Of a stretch of 64,000 nucleotides of DNA, positions 59,078 to 64,000 are shown piece after piece. Origin of the DNA: a virus (taxonomy: Duplodnaviria > Caudoviricetes). The translations under genes and the position numbers were made by a program. Position 1 is the first letter of the stretch. Each line of letters opens with the position of its first letter. The stretch lies in IMG/VR virus record IMGVR_UViG_3300033463_000027, positions 1 through 64,000 of that record; one strand, 5' to 3'. The notes under the pieces were generated by a model. The model made no database searches, had not been told where the DNA came from, and saw only the letters and a program-made list of their open reading frames with translations.

Positions 59078-59947
59078 TTATGCGCGTTTCTGATTATATG
59101 CTTGATATTGAATTAAACGTTTTTGCTTTTGACATTTTTCACATCTGCATGACCTTTTATTTATTCCATTGACCACAAATTCTTCTCCACAATCAACACA
59201 AGTCAGGGTCTTAATCTTAATAGGTTGATAACCACGACAATCGGGGCAATACTTAGTTGCTCCATTTTTTTTGCGTATGAGAATACCACACTCTGCACAT
59301 TCAATAAACTGGTCTGTCTTATCACCTCGCCAACGAAGATACTGATATCCCAATTCTCTTAAATCAGAAACCTTTAGAGCCACCTCGTCGGTGTCATTAA
59401 CAAACAAAACCTTGTAATTGGTTTTTCTAAATCTTTTAGATCGTTCCAATAACCCTTGCTCTTTAAGTTCATGCAATAACATAGGTTGTTCATATACCGA
59501 AGCTGACACTCTCGCTGATGTAAAAACTGTATTGTAATCCACGTTGACAAAATTGTTGTTCTTAGTATTTCTCAGATTAAAAAGTTTACAATAAACCAAA
59601 GACACAAAAGCAATCTTTTCTAACTTCTTATTCCTTAAATCCCTAATGGTATTCAATTCTTGCAAGGTAACAGGCACATATTCAATACGATGAAGGGGAG
59701 TATGCCCAAACTTATTTATGTACTTGCTTATTCTTATACGCCAATCGTTTATCTCATAATCTTTAATAACTCCATTCAGAAAACTTAAAACACGTTCAAC
59801 AATACGAGTTCTTTGCAAACGCCCTTTGGAGGACTTATAGATTTGACAATAATACTTTACCAACAATACAACGTCCTCGGCAGCATTATCTCCTACCACT
59901 CCATTTTCAATTATTTGTTCTACTATTGCTACTTCATTAAGTACCAT
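59078..59947 (-). CDS. Zn-finger protein translationally adjacent to the RNAP gene
   Basis: C-terminal CAECG/YCPDC/CVDCG/RCEKC; starts immediately after the RNAP stop. Confidence 0.7.
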   Translation of the reverse strand: MVLNEVAIVEQIIENGVVGDNAAEDVVLLVKYYCQIYKSSKGRLQRTRIVERVLSFLNGVIKDYEINDWRIRISKYINKFGHTPLHRIEYVPVTLQELNTIRDLRNKKLEKIAFVSLVYCKLFNLRNTKNNNFVNVDYNTVFTSARVSASVYEQPMLLHELKEQGLLERSKRFRKTNYKVLFVNDTDEVALKVSDLRELGYQYLRWRGDKTDQFIECAECGILIRKKNGATKYCPDCRGYQPIKIKTLTCVDCGEEFVVNGINKRSCRCEKCQKQKRLIQYQAYNQKRA

Positions 59948-62692
59948 TTAATCTTCCTTTCTCATAAGCATAGTTTGTTTACTAAATCTAAGCCCCCTGT
60001 AAATAATATCACCAAATTCATTTTTTACAAGATAAGTAAGCTGATAATCATTTATCGCAAGTAAATGGTCAATAATAATGTCCCCGCAAAGTCTCCATAC
60101 AAAACTCTTAGCTGCATTTGATGAATAACACAAGTCCACCATAATATTACACATAGAATCTTGATTTGGACAAACAAGTATACACTCTTTAAGAAACTCT
60201 TTAGATAACGCTTCAATAGAATCCTCATAATCCTGAGTTTCTTCCTTGCTACTTTTCTTATACTTGGTTTTCAATTGCTGTATCTCATGATTAAATTGCA
60301 AGTATAGTTTCTTAATGGCGTTATAATCCTTGCGACTATACTCAGCCCCACTCTTTAAAATACTACTATTAAAGTCGCTGGTTCTTTTTATTTGAGGGAC
60401 ATAACCATCAAATTCATTCTCAACCATGTGGCACAACCTATTCATAGTACTTTGCTCATCAAAGACAGGAAAGTATTTTGTATAGTTATCTACAAAGGAC
60501 TGCTGTTGCGGCGTGAGCTTAGTTCTTCTTAACAGATCGTCAACAATGGTTTTACCCTTGCCATAATCAAATATTCCACAAACCACACTATCCTTAATAT
60601 AGGACTTATAGTTTGCCATTTGCTCTGCATAAATGTAATTCATAAAATAGGGCTTCTTACAGGCGCAAATAGATTTCTCAAAATCTGTCTTGCAGTCCTC
60701 ATATACATACCATGATTTAGGCATGGGATCTGAAATAATTCCTTTGATCTTATCAATTTCATTTTGCTGATAAAGTTGCCCACACTTTATTCTATCTTCC
60801 AAGACTTGATATTCTTTACTTCTTTTATCAAATTGGGCTTGTACATCATACATTGCGGTAATTCTATTTGTAATTGCACCAATAGAATTACCAAAACCAT
60901 TTGAGTCTGCCCTTGCCAATAACTCTTCGGTAATAACTTTTTTCTCCGCTTTCTTTTGAACACAAACTATTGGAAGTGTATCGCGTGTATTGTTAAGTAA
61001 TATGTGATTATTGGTAGAAAATACCAAATCTCCGTCGTTATCGGCTCCGTTCCACGAATGAGTAAGGGTATCATGTGCGTTAATAATAAATACTTCGCTC
61101 ATATACTGATACCACTTAGCCACATCAGGATTGTTCACAACACTAACAACCTTAATATTTGAATGTGAACTCATAGGCGCACGAAAAGTAACCACCTTAT
61201 CAACAGATTCTTTTACCCAATAATGAGAATACACTTCTCCTGCTTTAAGCAAACCACAATTATTGTAATCTTCTTGTTCCTTTAACAATCCGAACATATG
61301 TTGACATAGTGCATAAGGATCGCCACTAAGTACCTGATAATTGCCATGAACATTAATAACACCAATTTTAGCATCGTTAATCTTCTTCTTAATCATAAGA
61401 TTAATCCTATCTATTACATAGGGGTCATTAATCATTCGTTTATCAATCATAAGGGCTTTAACATAATCGTCATTTAAATCATTTAACACGTTATCATCGG
61501 TAACAGACATTCCCCTTAAAAAAAGAATAGTCTTGTCTATGTCTTCATGCAGAACCGATTTGATCTCATTAACCGTAGGGCTTATCAACTCATAAATTTG
61601 TTCATCGGTCAAGTCATAACTCTGAATAAATTGATAGTTTAAGGTTCTTTCATTATCAAGATACTTGGGTGTAACCTTAGTAGCAGCATAGGTATAGCCA
61701 TAATATTTAAACCACTTTTCATAATCCTCATAGCTTGAATAGCTATCCCATAATTTAGCCATAGATACTGTGAGGATAAGTTCAATATCATTTATATTAT
61801 GTTCGTTGCCCCAAACATCAATGATAATATCAGTCTTAGCTATTTCTTTGGCAAACTCATGAAAGTCAAATGTGTATACCATGCCTTTAACAAAAGCATT
61901 ACGCAAGCAGCACCCTGACATTCTATAAGATAAGTCCAAATCATTACTCCATCTTTCTGACAACGCGGGAGAAATTAAACCAAAACCATCATTGGCATTT
62001 AGTTGGATCAGGGTGTCTTTTTCTTGTATCTTAGGGTCGCCACCAGCAATATCAGAGTCGCTTATCTCTAAAACATGAGACATAAATTCCAACTCCAAAT
62101 CAGAAACCACAACAACACCTTTGGGGTCTGATAAGGGAATAGATGAACTACACACAAGACTTTTATATGCTTCAAACTTAGCAGGAACTATTTCTTTTGT
62201 AGTGTCTCTGCCACAGTTCATACGCTCATTAAGTTGCTCCCATATAGAAGTATATATCACGATGGACTTTTTTACGCCATTAGGTGTTCCCACCAACCTC
62301 TTGAAGTGCTTACCATTAAAACCAAATCCTTGTGATAATACTTCCATATCATCAGGTTTATCTATAATCACACAAAGATATTCGTTGACTATCTGTATCT
62401 TTTCAAGTTCCTTGTAGATGTTATTGATCTTAGTTTTGGTATCAGATTGCCTTTCACCTTTACGGATTAGTTTTAATTCTTTGTGCAATCTTTTATAGGC
62501 AAGATTGTTTTCTTCTCTATTAGTTTTATTAATATCATCAATAAATCGAAGTATCTGACTGTCAGCTAATGTAATAAGTTCTTGCTTTTTTCTTGCATCT
62601 GAAACTGTTAAATTAAATGAGAGTTTGGATTTTATAATTTCCTTACTATGAATTTTATAAACATACCGTTGGTACATTTGCTGTCTTGCCAA
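59948..62692 (-). CDS. yonO: YonO-like single-subunit RNA polymerase (two-barrel, RdRP/QDE-1-related)
   Basis: NDGFGLIS, RNAFVKGMV, FRAP and catalytic GADNDGD; 914 aa; heads the late gene cluster. Confidence 0.88.
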   Translation of the reverse strand: MARQQMYQRYVYKIHSKEIIKSKLSFNLTVSDARKKQELITLADSQILRFIDDINKTNREENNLAYKRLHKELKLIRKGERQSDTKTKINNIYKELEKIQIVNEYLCVIIDKPDDMEVLSQGFGFNGKHFKRLVGTPNGVKKSIVIYTSIWEQLNERMNCGRDTTKEIVPAKFEAYKSLVCSSSIPLSDPKGVVVVSDLELEFMSHVLEISDSDIAGGDPKIQEKDTLIQLNANDGFGLISPALSERWSNDLDLSYRMSGCCLRNAFVKGMVYTFDFHEFAKEIAKTDIIIDVWGNEHNINDIELILTVSMAKLWDSYSSYEDYEKWFKYYGYTYAATKVTPKYLDNERTLNYQFIQSYDLTDEQIYELISPTVNEIKSVLHEDIDKTILFLRGMSVTDDNVLNDLNDDYVKALMIDKRMINDPYVIDRINLMIKKKINDAKIGVINVHGNYQVLSGDPYALCQHMFGLLKEQEDYNNCGLLKAGEVYSHYWVKESVDKVVTFRAPMSSHSNIKVVSVVNNPDVAKWYQYMSEVFIINAHDTLTHSWNGADNDGDLVFSTNNHILLNNTRDTLPIVCVQKKAEKKVITEELLARADSNGFGNSIGAITNRITAMYDVQAQFDKRSKEYQVLEDRIKCGQLYQQNEIDKIKGIISDPMPKSWYVYEDCKTDFEKSICACKKPYFMNYIYAEQMANYKSYIKDSVVCGIFDYGKGKTIVDDLLRRTKLTPQQQSFVDNYTKYFPVFDEQSTMNRLCHMVENEFDGYVPQIKRTSDFNSSILKSGAEYSRKDYNAIKKLYLQFNHEIQQLKTKYKKSSKEETQDYEDSIEALSKEFLKECILVCPNQDSMCNIMVDLCYSSNAAKSFVWRLCGDIIIDHLLAINDYQLTYLVKNEFGDIIYRGLRFSKQTMLMRKED

Positions 62693-62705
62693 AATAACAC
62701 TTCCT

Positions 62706-63308
62706 TTACAACAATTCTAATCCTTTGGTTATCTCGTCTGCTACTTCATCAGCGAGAGGTCTGAACCCCACAGCTATGCGTTCATCGTCATACCAGAAGT
62801 CGATCCAGTCCTCTTCATAAGTCATGTCACACATAACCCTTTCACTCATAATCTCTTTCATCTGAAAATGACCCTGTACCTTGTAAATGGTAGGAGCAAG
62901 AGTTCTGTCTGTGTATTGTTCAAACGTATCTTGGTCTAAAGAAAACTTAATATTGCATTGGAGCTTTACTTTTTCTGGGGGTACTTCTATAAAATGAACA
63001 CCATATCCTTCTTCCTTTATTTCCTTAACGTAAAAGTATGCCCTATGCGCTTTATATGCTTTGTCAGCAATTTTAAAAATCTCACTATTCATGTAATGAA
63101 TACGAACCTTCTCCTTCTCTTGCGCTCCACCTCGCCACTTAGAACGATACTGCCAAACAGGAAGTTTTTGATAAGGCGGGGAAATAACCTCATCGGTGTT
63201 TTCAAATATCTTGTGAGTAATCCATGCCCTGCCAGCGAGGGCAATATATTGAACGAGGGTTTGTTTACTGGCGGGGACACCAGTGTTTAGTAAGATTATC
63301 TGTTTCAT
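62706..63308 (-). CDS. hypothetical protein
   Basis: GGAGG RBS; overlaps the upstream stop. Confidence 0.65.
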   Translation of the reverse strand: MKQIILLNTGVPASKQTLVQYIALAGRAWITHKIFENTDEVISPPYQKLPVWQYRSKWRGGAQEKEKVRIHYMNSEIFKIADKAYKAHRAYFYVKEIKEEGYGVHFIEVPPEKVKLQCNIKFSLDQDTFEQYTDRTLAPTIYKVQGHFQMKEIMSERVMCDMTYEEDWIDFWYDDERIAVGFRPLADEVADEITKGLELL

Positions 63309-63991
63309 GGTGCGGTTAGCCCTCCTTGTTTTTTGTATTCTTCTACCAACTCATTACAAACTTCAACAAACCTTGCCTTGCAATCAGGAATTGACTTAAT
63401 TGCCAATTTTTTATTTCCACCTAAATTATGTTCTCTGAGCGTTTTGTCCCAAATATACTTAGTGTACATTTTGCTATAAATGCGTTTCTTAATGATTATT
63501 ATAGATGTATCGTCTTTGGCAAGATAACGTATACTATCAAGAATAGTTTCATAATCATCTGTTATAGTAAAGGGTCTATGAACTATTAATGAGATTTCAA
63601 CAGCAACACGATCTTTGATATCAGTAATGGTATTTTCGCTTTCGATAATCTCATTCACGTTCTTTGCCTGTTCCAATAACTCATTAAGACAGGTTATATA
63701 TTCTTCTCTGTAAAGAGGAACATCTGCAATAGCTGTTATAGTAGACACGCCCACATTAGAAGTAAGGTTATATTTGTGCATATATTCTCTCATAGCCACA
63801 CAAGCATTAAATCCATACTTATTAAACATTGCTCTGTAAACAGACTTGTAAGCATCCACAATAGGAATATTAAGATAGCTTGCAAGCTCTATGGTTCGCT
63901 GCTCCACATTTTGTTTCTTCCATACATTATGAGCTTGAATGTCAGGTTGCATAGATTTTAAACTTGCGTGATCCTGCAATTGACATTGCAT
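63305..63991 (-). CDS. hypothetical protein (probably begins beyond the window)
   Basis: Open frame reaching the window edge. Confidence 0.6.
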   Translation of the reverse strand: MQCQLQDHASLKSMQPDIQAHNVWKKQNVEQRTIELASYLNIPIVDAYKSVYRAMFNKYGFNACVAMREYMHKYNLTSNVGVSTITAIADVPLYREEYITCLNELLEQAKNVNEIIESENTITDIKDRVAVEISLIVHRPFTITDDYETILDSIRYLAKDDTSIIIIKKRIYSKMYTKYIWDKTLREHNLGGNKKLAIKSIPDCKARFVEVCNELVEEYKKQGGLTAP

Positions 63992-64000
63992 AATAGATAA

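Overview
This 64-kb window comes from a large temperate siphophage with an SPbeta-like gene order, probably infecting a low-GC Bacillota (Clostridia-type) host; the host is inferred. Two convergent arms meet at an intact attP. The + arm (1-6.7 kb) carries DNA methyltransferases, a cysteine desulfurase, nucleotide-metabolism genes, an HNH nuclease and an excisionase. The - arm, read from 64 kb leftwards, carries a YonO-like single-subunit RNA polymerase, ClpP, PIN-PhoH, an antirepressor, terminase, portal, head, tail, tape measure, baseplate and lysis genes. It continues with a diversity-generating retroelement (DGR) targeting a fibre gene, a second tyrosine recombinase, a NYN moron and the integrase beside a 3' tRNA-Gln(CTG) att core. 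The main observation is that the tape-measure gene is split by a 1,874-nt group I intron (32303-34176). P1, P10 and P9.0 pairings support it and splicing restores the frame. The intron encodes no homing endonuclease or transposase. Its P9 region instead holds about 1.5 kb of mostly antisense cargo ORFs, two with consensus sigma-A promoters, so it may be a self-splicing safe harbour for accessory genes. A second 255-nt group I intron splits the terminase H|DDR nuclease motif. Other leads: an avd-less DGR whose RT appears to start at ACG; a NYN RNase behind a long structured leader RNA; a G9 frameshift in a Dam-like methylase; an HPr/Crh-like gene in the tail module; three tandem paralogous baseplate genes; and an ORF-less promoter firing across attP. 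All calls come from motif reading and hand alignment; no database searches were run.
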